Source of the DNA: Carcharhinus longimanus
Lineage: Eukaryota
Direction of reading: 5' to 3'
NCBI GenBank assembly: GCA_030264375.1
Contig: JASCQW010000122.1
Span: forward strand, 27,292,690-27,356,689
DNA length: 64,000 bases
Positions 27,590 through 40,600 of the stretch are shown here, piece after piece. Below the pieces are notes generated by a model that had not been told where the DNA came from, searched no databases, and worked only from the letters and a program-made list of their open reading frames with translations. Each line of letters starts with the position of its first letter. The first letter of the stretch is position 1. Position numbers and translations under genes: made by a program.

Positions 27590-28320
27590 AGTTTTAGATG
27601 CGGGTTGCGCGCCTTCAAGTTGAAGTTGGGCTGTCTGAAGCTCGGAGGGAATGGAACCGGTGGGGGGGTCACGTGAGCTGTCCCAGCCGGCCCGAGGTGG
27701 GAGAGCGGTGACGTCACATCCGCAACCCCAACGGGCGCTCGAGCGGCCCCGGGTTCAAACTGACCAATCAGAATTAAGGATTGTGAAGGGCGCTGGCGCG
27801 AGCGGAGCAGCTTCTGGAACAATCGGAGCGGAATCGGCGTGAATTCAGTTATTAGTTCAAAACAGAGAGCAAACAGCAGAGGAGGTAGGTAATGGAGGGA
27901 GGGCTCTGCGCACTTAGTGCGGCTCCATCGCCGGCACCTTACCCTCGGTCATTGTGTGTCTCTCAAGCAGCCCGCTGTGCCTGAGCTTGGAGGCCTGGGA
28001 CGATGCAGTTGAAGCGGTCTGGCGAGCCCCCTGCCGCCGCTGCTTTCTGCGGGTAGGCCGCAGGCCTGAGCCGGCGCATGTGGTTGAGTTTTTAGTGCGA
28101 GTCCGCCCCGGGGCTCCCCGGCTTTACGGGGCGAGCCTGCGGTGGAGTGGGATTGGGGGGTGTTTTTTACGGCGATTTCACGTCCCATGTTAATACTTCC
28201 GTCAAATAAATGGAGGATGTGCAGTGGAGTTTGGGATTCGGTTCGAAATTCAGCGCCAACATACAAATCAGTTTGACACGGCGGCCATTTTAATTGTCAG
28301 GCGCTGGCTCCAATTCCGAC
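27590..28320 (+). promoter_or_regulatory. BUB3: BUB3 CpG-island promoter
   Basis: GC- and CpG-rich; E-box CACGTG 27670-27675, full CRE TGACGTCA 27709-27716, TTCAAA (reverse CHR) 27754-27759, CCAAT 27764-27768, E2F-like TGGCGCGA about 27794, YY1-like GCGGCCATTTT about 28281. Confidence 0.8.
27800..27884 (+). other. BUB3: BUB3 non-coding exon 1 (5' end approximate)
   Basis: Donor GAG|gtaggt at 27885 inside the CpG island. The BUB3 ATG at 32781 directly follows a ttttcag acceptor, so an upstream untranslated exon is needed. Confidence 0.6.
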
Positions 28321-29309
28321 TCCAAACCGTGATACTTTTCTTCAAGGAGCAATCCCTTCAATAGTTTCACATTGTACTGTTTAAAGTTGCTTTATCAATC
28401 AGCAACTCTTATTACCCATCATATGGTTAATACGACCATTTAGAGCCTGGCAATTCCACAAATCTAATAAAGGGGAAGCGTACAACTTAGTGCATTAATA
28501 TTTCTCGTTTTCCACTGGCACCATTTTGTTTATGGGCAGACAGCATCTCTGCTTGTTTCCCAAACAGACTTGAACACCATACGTTAGCCTAACATCCCTG
28601 TCCTATTTGACCTGAAGCCAGGTGGGCCCAGATAACAAAGCAAATAGAGCCAAGAACTTGCATTAGTATACTGTTGAAACGTTTCATAATTTAGTTGACA
28701 AAGATGTAGGGGCTGAACATGGACGTCAAGTTAAAGAGGTGATCAAAATTAGTAAAACAAGTGGATTTTAAAAGTGGAGAAGGAGCTGAAGAGGTGGCTG
28801 TCAGTGGAGAGGAGTGCAATACTTGATCCTGGTGACACATTACCCAAATAAGGAGCTGAAGTCATTGGTGAATTTAAAGCAGTTTATTAATTAACAGCAG
28901 TTTAGCTATGATACATATAGGTAGAAAAGACAAATGGCCTGAATTTGTTGGTAGTCTCTGATCTGATGAACGAATAGGGGAAAGTAAAGGGATCTTGACC
29001 TCTGGCTGGTGGTGGCATCTCTTTGTTGTCTTCTGAGCAAACCAAAGTGTTCTACCCCCTCTTTGGTCTCCTGCTCTGCAGAAGACTGTAGACTCCCTTC
29101 CTAGCACATTTTTATGTACCTTATTTCTAAAAGCTTTTGGAAATCCCATGTCAATCATTTGTTCCTGTTTACCCAATTACCGAGGGATGGATACTTGGAA
29201 AACTGCTTCTCTGTCTGAAATAATCTTGTGGCATGATTTACCACTTGCTAGGACATATTTCAGCTTTGCTCGTTTGGTTTGTTCGGGTCACAAAATCTGA
29301 TTTTATCAG

Positions 29310-30450
29310 ATACATAAGAACTGGAACAGAAGTAAGCAATTCAGAACCCCTTGCTTGCTTTGCCTTTCAATATGACTGTGGCTGATCTCATCACCTTTCT
29401 GTCTGCTCCCTAAAACCCTTTATCCTTTTACTAATTAAATACCTCTCTTCTGTCCTCAAATTTGTTTAGTGTGTTTGCATCCACTGCATTTGAATAGAGA
29501 ATTCTACAGATTCATGACCCTTTGAGTGAAGTAATTCCTCCTTTTTTTCTGTTTTAAACCTGCCAACCCTTAGCCTTGTGGCCTCTCATTCAAGAATGCC
29601 CAACAAGGGGAAACGTCTGCTCTACATCTACCCTGTCAGTCCCCTTTAGCGTCTTGTATATTTTAATTATATCTCCCCTCATTCTTCTAAGCGCCAGTGA
29701 GTATAGACCTACATCTCAATATCTCTTTGTAGGACAGGTCCTTTTATCCCTGGAATCAATCTAGTGAATATTCACTGAACTGTCTTGAATGCATTTACAT
29801 TATTCCTCAAGCAAGGACACCAAAGCTGTGTGCAGATGTATCACCAATGCCCTTTGCAGTTGCAAAAGCATCTCCCTACTTTTATACTCTGTTCCCTTAG
29901 CAATGAATGTCAAAACTCCATTTGCCTTCCTGATTACCTACTGCACGTTAATTTTCTATGATTTGTGCATNNNNNNNNNNNNNNNNNNNNNNNNNNNNNN
30001 NNNNNNNNNNNNNNNNNNNNNNNNNNNNNNNNNNNNNNNNGGAACTGAGCCACGACAGATCAGCCATGATCTTATTGAATGGCGGGGCAGGCTCGAAGAG
30101 CTAGATGGCCTACTCCTCTTATTTCTTATGTTCTTATATCCATTTGTTAATTTCTTATTGCAACTCGCTTTTCCATCTATTTTGGTGGTGTCAGTGATTG
30201 ACTACAGTACCTTCTATCCCTGCATCCAAATCATCAATATAGATTGTAAATAGCTGGGGCCTGAGGACCAAACCATATGGCACACCACTAATTACAGCTT
30301 GCCAACCAGACAAAGACCTCTCTGCTTTTTGTTGATTAACCCATCCTCTTTCCAAACTGACATATTACCTCCCCAGTCATATGGGATCTTATTTTGTGTA
30401 TTAGTCTTTTGTGTGACACCATATCAGATCTCTTGGATATCCAGATGCAC
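29310..30450 (-). mobile_element. CR1 LINE 3' fragments (minus strand, with a short plus-strand 3' tail about 30041-30135)
   Basis: Typical CR1 3'-end text (cataagaactggaacagaagtaagcaattca...; gatcagccatgatcttattgaatggcggggcaggctcgaag) and RT remnant 'ggcacaccacta'. Confidence 0.75.
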
Positions 30451-30872
30451 TACATTTTAGGAATGTTTACTCTAGAATCATGTTGTTTCCAGATTTAACA
30501 GGCCTACACTAATCTAGGTTTGTCAACCCGACTCTCTGCAATAGAATAGTCAGGGGAGTGTGTTTCTACAGTATTTTTTAAAAAATTAAGGTTGTTGAAA
30601 GCCATTCCTTACAGGAGGGAGAATATGAGAATTAGCAGCATGAGAAATGCACAAGGTGCTGCAATGGAATGCTTACAGAGGGGTTACAGAGTTGGAGAAG
30701 GTTAGAGATACAGAGGGAATGAAGCCATGGATGGATTGGAAGAGAGGGATGAGGGTGAGGCACTGCTGCCTCAAAGCATCAGGCCCCTGGGTTCAGTTCT
30801 TGGTTTGGGTCACTGTTTGTGCAGAGTTTGCATGTTCTCACTGTGTCTGCAGGAAATCTGAAGGAAATAAAT

Positions 30873-31137
30873 AGATTTTATTTATTAGTGTCACAAGTAA
30901 GCTTACATTAACACTTCAGTGAAGTTACTGTGAAAATCCCCTAGATGCCAAGTTCCATCACCTGTTCAGGGACATTGGGAGAATTTAGTATGGCTAATGC
31001 ACTTAACTAGCACGTCTTTTGGACTGTGGGAGGAAACAAGAGAACGTACAGATTCCACACACCGAACCAAGCTGGAATTGAACCTTGGTCCCTGGTGCTG
31101 TGAGGTAGCAGTGCTAATCATTGTGCCACCATGTTGT
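30873..31137 (-). mobile_element. tRNA-derived SINE (shark HE1/V-SINE-like)
   Basis: Reverse complement reads ggacaacatggtggcacaatgattagcactgctacctcacagcaccagggaccaaggttcaattcc...gtaagcttacttgtgacactaataata; A/B boxes present; homologous to the copies at 37276, 54925 and 62224. Confidence 0.85.
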
Positions 31138-31659
31138 CCTGTATGATAGGTTATGGGGTTTAGATGGCTCATTGTTGTATAGGATATTGTGTTATTACGT
31201 ATGCCAGAAACTGTTCCAGGTCCTACTTGAATATTAAGTAGAGGCACTATTGTAAATGACAAACTATGGTTATTGGTAGAGGATCTTAGTGGGGAGTGTT
31301 TTGATGCCATTAACACCCCAGCAATGGGAAGAATAGCTTTCCAGTGAACAATTAAAATAAATTTGGCTGAATCCAGACTGGAATTTATTATATACAGGGA
31401 AAGATCTGTACCAGGGTGGAGAACTGGAGTAGTTTAATGATGAAAGAGGGATTAAAAAAAAGAAACAAAAGATGAATTCAGAAGAGATATAAATAATAAC
31501 AATAGCGAGGCAGAGAAATGTGGAAATTCTGCCATTGTGGAGGGACCTGCTTAGCTGAGAAAAAGCAGGTAGGCGTCAAGTGCACACCATCCCCTTGCAA
31601 TGTACAAATAGGAGGTCCCAACCCAACGCACTTACCCATTCCAAGAGCTCTAATGCTGT

Positions 31660-31850
31660 CAATTTCTATTTCCAGCATCTGCTGGAAACTAGAAATCTTT
31701 AATAATAGAGCCTGAATGTGGCAAACTGCCTAGTAGAAAAATGAGATGATGTTTCTCAAGTTTGCATTGAACTTCATTGGAACAGCTTAGGAGTATGGAG
31801 TACTGAATGAGATGGAGAATTAAATGACAGGCAAATGGAAACTCAGTCAT
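31660..31850 (-). mobile_element. Penelope-like element remnant (GIY-YIG C-terminus) with inverted junction
   Basis: Minus strand reads ...CSNEVQCKLEKHHLIFLLGSLPHSGSIIKDF, resembling the Penelope 'RKLEEQHLIFRLGTLQP.GLNI.F' end; hairpin atttctatttccagc/gctggaaactagaaat at the left edge. Confidence 0.5.
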
Positions 31851-32780
31851 GTTTGATTTTATTTATATTTCTCAAAACCAATTTGTACATTTATTCAGAA
31901 AAATATCTTATTGTTTCCGGAGCTGTATGCAGTTACTACTATTTGGTACCTACATGTTGATTATGAACTGCTTCTACTATCAGTCATGTTACCAGGTTAA
32001 ATATTGTGGGTGGGTGTCAAAGCACAGAGCATGAGTTGTAAGCTACAGTACTGAGAAATCCAGTTATTTTAGAGGAGTTTTTAAAATTAAAATTATATAA
32101 CTTTAAGAACAAAATGAGTTGCAATTATTCACTTCTACATGTTTGGAGAAATTGTCTTAAATTGTCTGAATAACGTGTTACAGACAGAATTGATTAAGTA
32201 TTTACAGTGCTGAAATAGTCCAACAGATCCATATCTATGTTGAAGCACCGTACAAGCCAATTGATATTACTTGAGGTCTTAAGATTAAAGATATTTGATG
32301 AAGAGTATACTACTAACAGTGTAACTGCATTCAACAGATATGAGCGGTACCCCTGCAGTTTTGCATTTTCCCAACATATTGGTAATTTGATCTTTCATTG
32401 AAATTGACCTTTAAGCATGATTCAGTTTTTATTTTCACTTGTGCTGTGGCAGTTGACTGATTATATGTGAGGGAACCATTTTGGTAGCTCATTATTGGAA
32501 TTTATTGTTTTTGGAAGAAAGGGGATTCAGAGTCATGCTTAAGAGAAAGGTACAGTAGTCATTGTGGTTAATGCTGTAATCCAAAAGTGCACAAAGCTTT
32601 GTTTTTGGTTGATCTAATTGCACATCTTTTCCTTGTTTTCACTCAAAGTACTGAGTGATATTTAAATTCGACCAGTAGGAATCATTATTAGTGATGGTAA
32701 CAAATCAGTTCTCTGATCTGTTTTAAGTTTGTCAATGATTAGTACAGATCTTACTGAAGTATTATATTTCTTATTTTCAG

Positions 32781-32975
32781 ATGACAGGTTCAAATGAATT
32801 CAAACTAAACCAGTGCCCTGAAGATGGGATCTCTGCCATTAAGTTCAGTCCAAACACCTCTCAGTTCCTGTTGGTGTCATCCTGGGACTGTACCGTTCGT
32901 TTATATGACATCACATCAAATAACATGCGACTCAAGTACCAGCATTCAGCAGCTGTCCTGGACTGTGCTTTTCAT
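32781..32975 (+). CDS. BUB3: Mitotic checkpoint protein BUB3, first coding exon (195 nt)
   Basis: ttttcag|ATG; MTGSNEFKLNQCPEDGISAIKFSPNTSQFLLVSSWD...VLDCAFH|gtaaga. Confidence 0.97.
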
Positions 32976-33544
32976 GTAAGAAGCAATTTTATTTTCCCAC
33001 TGAATTATAGTTACCAGAACTGAAAACATTTCACCTAGTAGCTATGTGGATATTTGTTTTACCGTTTAGACTTCACCCTCAAACATCACCCAAAATAAGC
33101 ATTAGCCTAAGCCAGGCCTGTTTGTGTATATCTCACAAAGCAATAGATGTCTATAGATTTGAAATATTTTGTTCGTTTGTATACATGAAACTAAAATCTG
33201 CTCATATCTGATTAATCCTGTTATAATTCCACTGCTTTCTAACTTATTCTTGTTTTTCTCAACCCTTCTGCTTTCTTTTCTGCTTCTTTGTGTGTTTTCC
33301 CTTCTGCCACATTTAATTTAGTTTTTCCCTTGGAGTATTGGTTACTCTTCCAGTGTAAACACATTGGTCCCAGCTTTGCGTCGCTCTGGCAGTGTCCTAG
33401 GAACCTAATTTCTTTCTTTCCCCAATTTCTTTTGCCAAAAATTTGAATTGTTTATCTTATTTTTCCTGTTATTAAGAATAACCAAGATTTATTAGCCTTG
33501 AGGTATTACTTTTTAATATATTTCATCAAAGAATTGAACACAAA

Positions 33545-33990
33545 AGTCTGACTGATACTCCAGTGCAGTACTGAGGGAATATGTTGCCTTATTAAATAAA
33601 AATTATTTTCTCCAAAAGATGTTAAATGTAACTTACTTCATAAGATTAGAATTAGGCCATTTAGCCCATTGAGTCCACTCCGCCATTCGATTATGGCTGA
33701 TATGCTCCTCATTCCTATTTTCCTGCCCTTCTCCCCGTAACCTTTCAACCCATTACCAATTAAAAATCTGTCTAACTCCTCAAATTTACTCACTGTCCCA
33801 GCATCCACTGTCAGAGTATTAATTGGAGACTCTGCACTATCAGGTGGGCATAAAATATCCCATGGCATAGTGTTCCTTTCACACTTTATCTCTTGATCAG
33901 TCTAAGTGTTTAATCTGGTCATTATTGCACTGCTGGTTTTGGGAACAATTGTGACTTTTTTTTTAAAGTTACTTTATTGGTTTAAAAATG
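33545..33990 (+). mobile_element. DeuSINE-like SINE remnant with a nested CR1 3' fragment (about 33638-33810, minus strand)
   Basis: ctgactgatactccagtgcagtactgagggaa...gatgttaaa and ctatcaggtgggcataaaatatcccatggca resemble the Deu domain; interrupted by a CR1 tail (cataagattagaattaggccatttagccc...). Confidence 0.55.
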
Positions 33991-34773
33991 CTTTGGGTTC
34001 TGAGGTCATTTATATAAATTTTTTAGTTATATGTTTCTTCAGGGCCTTGATTTTATTTCTTTTGTAACGGGTTCCAATAATAATCAAAACTTAGCATATA
34101 AAATCTTTTGTATTCCATTCTATTTTTCTTGACTCTTGAACCTGGATGGCAGTGTAACATTCATGACTTTTGGTTGCACTACAAAACATGTGTTTGCACC
34201 CCTAACAGAAATTTGCACAATTTCCAACGGATGTATGTATTTTATGTTTTATAATATTTTACAATCAATCTGAGGTCTGATTTATGCACTTGGTATAAAT
34301 ACTAATGTCTTGGTGTTAATGGGGACTTGAATTGTACTGTCTTGCATTCTGCCATTACTTAGCTCTTGGATGTATTGCCTGATCGTAGTACATAATGTCA
34401 GCTATTGTCTTGTTCATCATACAGTCATCAATCTAATTTGTTTTAATTCAGTGCATATTTATAGTGTGTAACTTAACAGCTGTGCAAAACAGTTATATTT
34501 ATCAATATTGAATCTGATTAGCTGTTTATTTTCCAGTTGAAAAGTTAATCTAACTCCTACTGCAACTTTTTTACTGTATCGTCTGTTTCTATTAACAAAA
34601 TGGGGAGATCGTTAAATTGCTAATGTTTATTTTGATGGTCTTATGGATTATGCATGAAGAGTCTACTATGCTACGTCAGTAAGACCATGGTCAATCATCT
34701 ATCTCAACTTTATCTTCTCACTCCGTCCCTTCATTTCATTACCACCTATCAACCTGTGTCTTGAATGTACTTA

Positions 34774-34935
34774 GAATCACGAGCTTTCGGAATGCTGTTC
34801 CTTCCTCAGGTGAGTGGAGAGTTGGGTTCACAAAAAGGACATATATAGACAGATACGCAAATGCAAGATAATGGTTGGAATGTCGTGAGTCATCTTACTG
34901 TGCCCACCCCAGTCCAACGCCGGTATCTCCACATT
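34774..34935. mobile_element. Short Penelope-like insert with 13-bp TSD, nested in a CR1 remnant
   Basis: TTGAATGTACTTA at 34761-34773 and 34936-34948 flanks the insert; the left part is inverted relative to the right 'cttactgtgcccaccccagtccaacgccggtatctccaca' terminus. Confidence 0.75.
34777..34813 (-). ncRNA. Minimal type I hammerhead ribozyme motif
   Basis: Minus strand: UCAC-CUGAGGA-A-GGAA(CAGCA)UUCC-GAAA-GC-UC-GUGA; conserved cores CUGANGA and GAAA, stem I UCAC/GUGA, stem II GGAA/UUCC, vestigial palindromic stem III. Confidence 0.65.
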
Positions 34936-35665
34936 TTGAATGTACTTAACTGAGCTTCCACCAGTCCCTAGAGAATTCCAGAAATTCACAGCTGTTTGTG
35001 TAAACAATTACTCCTTTTCTCCTTATTCTAAGACTGTGATCTTATGCCCTGGATCTGAGCATTTACCTTGATGTGGAATAGGTTAGTTGAAGCTGCTGTA
35101 TGCAACAGTATATCACAGGTTTGCATTTAATTTTATTTTTCCTTCACCCCATTATTTCTCTGTTGGCTGGATTGCAAAGTTTATTTTGGAATATTAATTT
35201 CCATAAGAAATTAACTGAATCTCTGGGCTTCGGTAGTGCGTCTCCAGCTTACTTCAGTGTGACCCTAAAATGTGTCTTGTTGCTGATCATATAGCTTTTA
35301 TTAATATGTGGAGCAAACAGTGAAACACCATCACGTGACACATGATTTCAAGAATCTGAGAATCCTATGTGTTTCTTGGTTAATTATTTTGCAGTAATTA
35401 ATTATTTCAATGAGTTATTCATGAGCTATCCAAAGTTTACATTTTGAAGGATGAAGTACAGATTTTCTGTGTATTCTTTACGGAATGTGATAGCTATTCC
35501 ATCATATTGTATTGTTTTGATAAAGATTGTTTCTTCTGTGGCATACTTGAGAAGTACAGATGTTGCCATTTCATTGTAAATATTGGTACTTTGATAAAAC
35601 AAATATTGGTCCAAAGTAAGCTGTGTACTAACAGTGTTTAATTGTCCACTTGTCCCTATTAATAG

Positions 35666-35735
35666 GACCCGACTCATTCATGGAGTGGCGGACTGGACCT
35701 TTCACTGAAAATGCGTGATTTAAACACAGACCAGG
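35666..35735 (+). CDS. BUB3: BUB3 coding exon 2 (70 nt; not in ORF track)
   Basis: aatag|GAC...; DPTHSWSGGLDLSLKMRDLNTDQ(E); G|gtgaga. Confidence 0.95.
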
Positions 35736-37275
35736 GTGAGAAATGCTTATGTTAAACATGCTGTGTAAGGAGTTAAATGATGTTCTTGGAAATATTTTTA
35801 TATAAGCTAAATTATGCTCCCAAGTTTGTGAAGATACCTTTAGCTCATAGAAATTATTTCATTGCGTTGGTTGTTTGAGCTTTGAAGGTTTGTGATTTAC
35901 CAATCTGACAGAGTATATTAAACTTAACAAAACTGAAAGCCCATCTCCTGTTTTTTCTTTTTGATGTAACATTAGGCTATGTTCTAATTTCTATTTGACT
36001 TGAGCAGCCTGTGCTGATGTGTATCTTGTGTGAGCAATTGTCCTAATCTGTGATGCCCATTCTTTTCCTGTATTCCTTTGTTCTTCTTTCCTGCGGCCAA
36101 TGTTGACATTGTCTGTGCTTTAATAACTAACTGATTGTATACTGCAGTCTCACAACCTCTATATAAAATGTTCTTTGCCCTCAACATCTTGCATTTACTC
36201 ATCTATGTTCCATTGTTGTAGACTTATTAATCTTGTTCTGGCTCTTCCATAATTTTAAACCCCTTTGCCGTTCCCGCTTGTCTTTGATTTAGAATTTGAT
36301 TGGTAATCTCTGCTTCCAGCTACATTTTAGAAGTGCAACTCGTTCGTTTAAGAATCTTTGAGCTTACAATATGAAAATCTTCCATTACAAGATTCAGGAA
36401 AACCTACACATACACATAATTTCGCTGATTTTAAAACTATCTTCAAAATTGACATTAAAGGCCCTAAATTTTAAGCTAATGGGAAAGTTTCCTGAATGTC
36501 TATGTTGGTTGAATTACTATTGCGAGGTGATAAAGGTTATGGTGAAGGAACAGTAAATTAAATCACATCTGACTCTTGAGGCGAAAGCTCTGGTGTATGT
36601 TGAAGACAGGTTGCATTACAATCACTTGGGTGTGGTGGGGGTGTCTTATGACTTCATTCTGCTCTGAGGGCTGTACTTTGGAGGAAGGTAATCCTAGAAT
36701 TACTCTTGGATTGGTTTCCAACTACTGCCCCTTGTTTACACTGCATGCACTCCTATTATTGATGTTACTGAAGTGGGTTAGGGACGGTAAAGTCCACTGT
36801 TTTGATAAATTCGGTATTTAAAGATTGCATCAGATTATTTTCTAATTTAAATAAAAATGGAGGAGTACTTAAAGCAGAAAGTGATTACTAGAAACGTTCC
36901 ATTTCGCAACTCGTGGGCCACAGCAACTTCAAAGCCCAAGTGATTTCATTATATTTACCCTCTCAATTCTTGCTTGTTGTTTTGGTCCATTTATTGTAAG
37001 CTTTGAGTCATGGGGGTGGTTTTGTTCGGTTGAGTGGCTACATAAATTATGAATGAACACTTCAGTATCCAGCAACTTTGAAAGATGAAAGTTTAGACCG
37101 TTCTGGCCTTCAAGACTCTATGGTATGCACCTATGTGGCTTAAGCTGGAAAGCATGGGTACCATATCTTCAACTTGCCCACTCTTTGAAAGGGTGTATCC
37201 CAAGGGCATTCCAGCTGGCAGTTGTATTACAATGAAGAAATCACACTTTGTTCCTATAGGGAATAAACTGACAGT

Positions 37276-37540
37276 AGCATGGTGGTTAGCACTGCTGCAT
37301 CACAGTGCCAGGGATTTGGGTTCGATTCCCGGCTTGAGCCACTGTCTTTGTGGAGTCTGCATGTTCTCCCCTCGTCAGCATGAGTTTCCTCCGACAGTCT
37401 AAAAGACTGTTTGGTGCATTGGTCATGCTAAGTTCTCCCTCGGTGTTCGAACAGGTGCCAGAGTGTGGCGACTAGGGGATTTTCACAGTAACTTTATTGC
37501 AGTGTTAATGTAAGCATACTTGTAACACTAATAAAAAATA
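37276..37540 (+). mobile_element. tRNA-derived SINE with about 14-bp TSD
   Basis: tggtggttagcactgctgcatcacagtgccagggatttgggttcgattcccggc...gtaacactaataaaa; flanked by aataaactgacagt (37262-37275) / aataaactgccagt (37541-37554). Confidence 0.85.
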
Positions 37541-37603
37541 AATAAACTGCCAGTTTTTCCTTGATGTAAGGCACAATTCAGTTAATTTGATCTTTTTTTA
37601 TAG

Positions 37604-37755
37604 AATCTATTGTGGGTTCGCACGATGCTTCAATTCGTTGTGTTGAATACTGTCCGGAAGTGAATGTAATGGTTACGGGAAGTTGGGATCAAACAGTCAA
37701 GCTATGGGATCCTAGAACACCTTGCAATGCTGGAACGTTTGCACAGCCAGAAAGG
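37604..37755 (+). CDS. BUB3: BUB3 coding exon 3 (152 nt)
   Basis: tatag|; SIVGSHDASIRCVEYCPEVNVMVTGSWDQTVKLWDPRTPCNAGTFAQPER|gtatgc. Confidence 0.97.
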
Positions 37756-37919
37756 GTATGCATTCATATTGTTTATAAATTAATGCTCAAATTGACTAAT
37801 AAATGGACAGTTACAGTATATTTTTGTAAAAGCTATTAGTGTTATTCACACTGGCTATTTAAAAGACCTGTCTTTCTAACTGTAATTGCCGACTATTATA
37901 TGTCACTCATGATCATTGG

Positions 37920-38380
37920 GCTTGTAATACCTTGAATAGGGAAGATGAAGGGTGATGTAATTGAGATGTTTTCAGTTCATTAAATGATGACAGAATGATG
38001 GAAATCGTGGATCTCTTTCCTCCTCAGAAAATTGTTGAGACTTCCAAAATCAAGATTGATACATATTCATAAGGCAATGGTATGAGGGTTATGAAGGCAA
38101 GGCAGATAGATGCTGCAACCTATTCATAGAGTTTTGCAGCACACAGAGGCTCTTTGGCCCCTTGTGTCTGTACCGGCCATCAAGCACCTATCTAGTCTAA
38201 ACAGCACTTGGTACATAGCCTTGTACTCTATGGTGTTTTAAGTGCTCATCTAAATGCTTAAATGTTGTGAAGGTTCCTGCCTCTATGGCATTGAGATAGA
38301 GGTTCAGCCTTGATCACGTTGAATGGCAGAGCAGGCTCAAAGGATGAATGGCCAACTCCTGCACGCAAATCCTACGTTCA
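37920..38380. mobile_element. CR1 3'-end fragments in both orientations
   Basis: gaagggtgatgtaattgagatgttt..., ttgaatggcagagcaggctcaaagg (plus) and catagagttttgcagcacacagaggctctttggccc (minus). Confidence 0.6.
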
Positions 38381-39639
38381 GCATCCCAAAGCAATACCTT
38401 GAGTTAAATCTGATTACGCAAGCAAGCAACTTTATTTGTTCTGGGAATCACTAACTTTTTCATTTGTGCAGCAACTCTAATGAAATAAGGTCCCAAAAGT
38501 GCTCCTTGAAATGGAGTCAGGCATTTAGCAAGAATGTGACACGAGGAACAAATTGTGGAAGGTGTCTGAAGGATGAGAAAAGACAGATTTGTGGAAGAGA
38601 GATGCAGCTAGTTGGAGGGATTGTTGCGAAGGATGGGGTTGACCACATTGCTGCAGAACGTCCTATTCAGTTGCACGTGCTGTATCGCCTGCCTCTCATG
38701 GAAAGTTTATGCAGAAAAATGCCTTTGACCACACACCCATCAGTTAGTGGCCCACACACTAGCATCCTCAAGAATCTGCATAAATAGGAGAAAGCATATC
38801 CTGGTCAAATGGTTCCCTCAGCGCACTCAAAATCATTTGGCAGAATACTTCATCAGAACTTTCAAACAAGCACACAAACGTGGCTTGGCTGGTGGTGGGG
38901 AGGACCCTTTCTGTCAGATTCTCCCTGCACATTTAGGGTATTAGATTTTGTTAAGATTCATCCCAAACCATTCTAAAGGCTGTTCCTGGGGGTACCCACA
39001 GATGCATGTAAGCTGTTGTTGGAGGATGATCAACTTAGTGAAAGAAGAAGCTCTTGCTCAATCTAAAAATTGATGTATAGTGCGAGTAACTGTTAGGGAC
39101 CTAGTCTTGTAGGTTGGCACATTCCAGGATCACGTGCTGAGGGATGCTCTGAAGATGGAAACAACCAAAGCTTCAATGGGGAAAGGCCACTATTGCATAC
39201 AATACCAAGTGACTGGAAACCTTGTAAAAACCTTAGGCTGTATGCATTAGAGAATGTTTTGATGTGAAATGTACTTTTGCTATTATATGTTATATTTTCA
39301 GTATAGCGAAGCTCCTCAAAATATTGACACAATTTGTCCTGTATTCCACTTTGTCAAATTTTAACTGTTTTCTACTGTATGTTTACACTTTATGAATGAA
39401 ATGCTTCTAGAATACAGAGATAAGAAATCTGAAGGCTCTTGTCAGTGAGGATACAGTATATCTTGTGCTGAAGGACAGCACGGCCAAGAGGAAGAATGCA
39501 TTTATTGGCAATAATGCATCATGATTGGAGAGAGCTGGACGATCTTGCAACTTTGAAGGGATTTATATATGAGATTGTGAATTGCAAAATACAGTTCTTC
39601 TAGGATTTAAAATATTCTTGCATTTAACATCAGCCATGC

Positions 39640-40600
39640 TATGAAACATTCCAGCCCAAGTGACCTTCTGGTGAATTTCCTGTGCGGTCACATCCTCTAT
39701 GTAGTGTGATGACCAGAGTTGCTCACACCACTCCAGCTGTGGCTTAATAAATGTATTATACAGGTCCAACATAATCTCCCTGCTCTTATAGCCTATGCCT
39801 CGACTAAGAGTGGCAAGCGTCCCATATGCTAGTGTCCCACCATTCGTTGTATATTCCCTTGGCTCATTAGTCATCCCAAATTGCATCACAGCACTTTTCA
39901 GCGGTAGTTTGCATTTTGCCACTGTTCTGCCCATCTGATCAGCCCATCTATATTGTCCTGTAATCTAAGGCTTTCTTTCCCACTGTTTATCACGTTACCA
40001 GCTTTTATGTCATCTGCAAACTTACTGATCATACTTTCTACTTTCATGTCTAGATCATTAATGTACACTGCAAACAGCAAGCTGTCCAACACCGATCCCG
40101 GTGATACACCACTGGACACAGACTCCAATCACAAAAAAAACCGTTGACCATCACCCTCTGCCTCCTGCCACTACACCAATTTTGGATCCAAATTTTCCTG
40201 TGTCTCATGGACTCTTATCATCTTGATCAGTCTCCCCTATGGGACCTTGTCAAAAGCTGTGCTGAAGTTGATGTAGACTACATCAACTGCACTGCCCTCA
40301 TCTACACACCTAGTCATCTCTTTAAAATCTAATCAGATTTGTTAGACATGACCTCTCCCTGACAAAGCCATGCTGACTATCTTTGATTACTCCTTGACTT
40401 TCCAAGTGGACATCAAGTCCCTCCAGATGTTTTCAAATCATTTCTCCACCACGAACATAACACAAAGTAGGCACAGGAGGAGACCATTCAATCTCTTGAA
40501 CCTGCTGTACCATACGATAAGATTGTGGCTGATCTGTTTCTGGCCTCAGCTCTAACTTCCTGTCTATCTCCTATAACCCTTGTCTACCTTACAAAGCAAA
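39640..40600 (-). mobile_element. CR1 LINE ORF2 (RT) fragment
   Basis: Minus-strand ORFs SGVSPGSVLDSLLFAVYINDLD...ISKFADD and YKSREIMLDLYNTFIKPQLEWCEQLWS. Confidence 0.9.

Noticed and set aside
27505-28266. ORFs in the CpG island
   Set aside because: Stop-poor GC-rich promoter and intron DNA with no homology recognised.
37276-37345. tRNA gene (also at 47020, 54925, 62224)
   Set aside because: The A/B boxes belong to SINE heads that continue into the shared SINE body; no complete cloverleaf.
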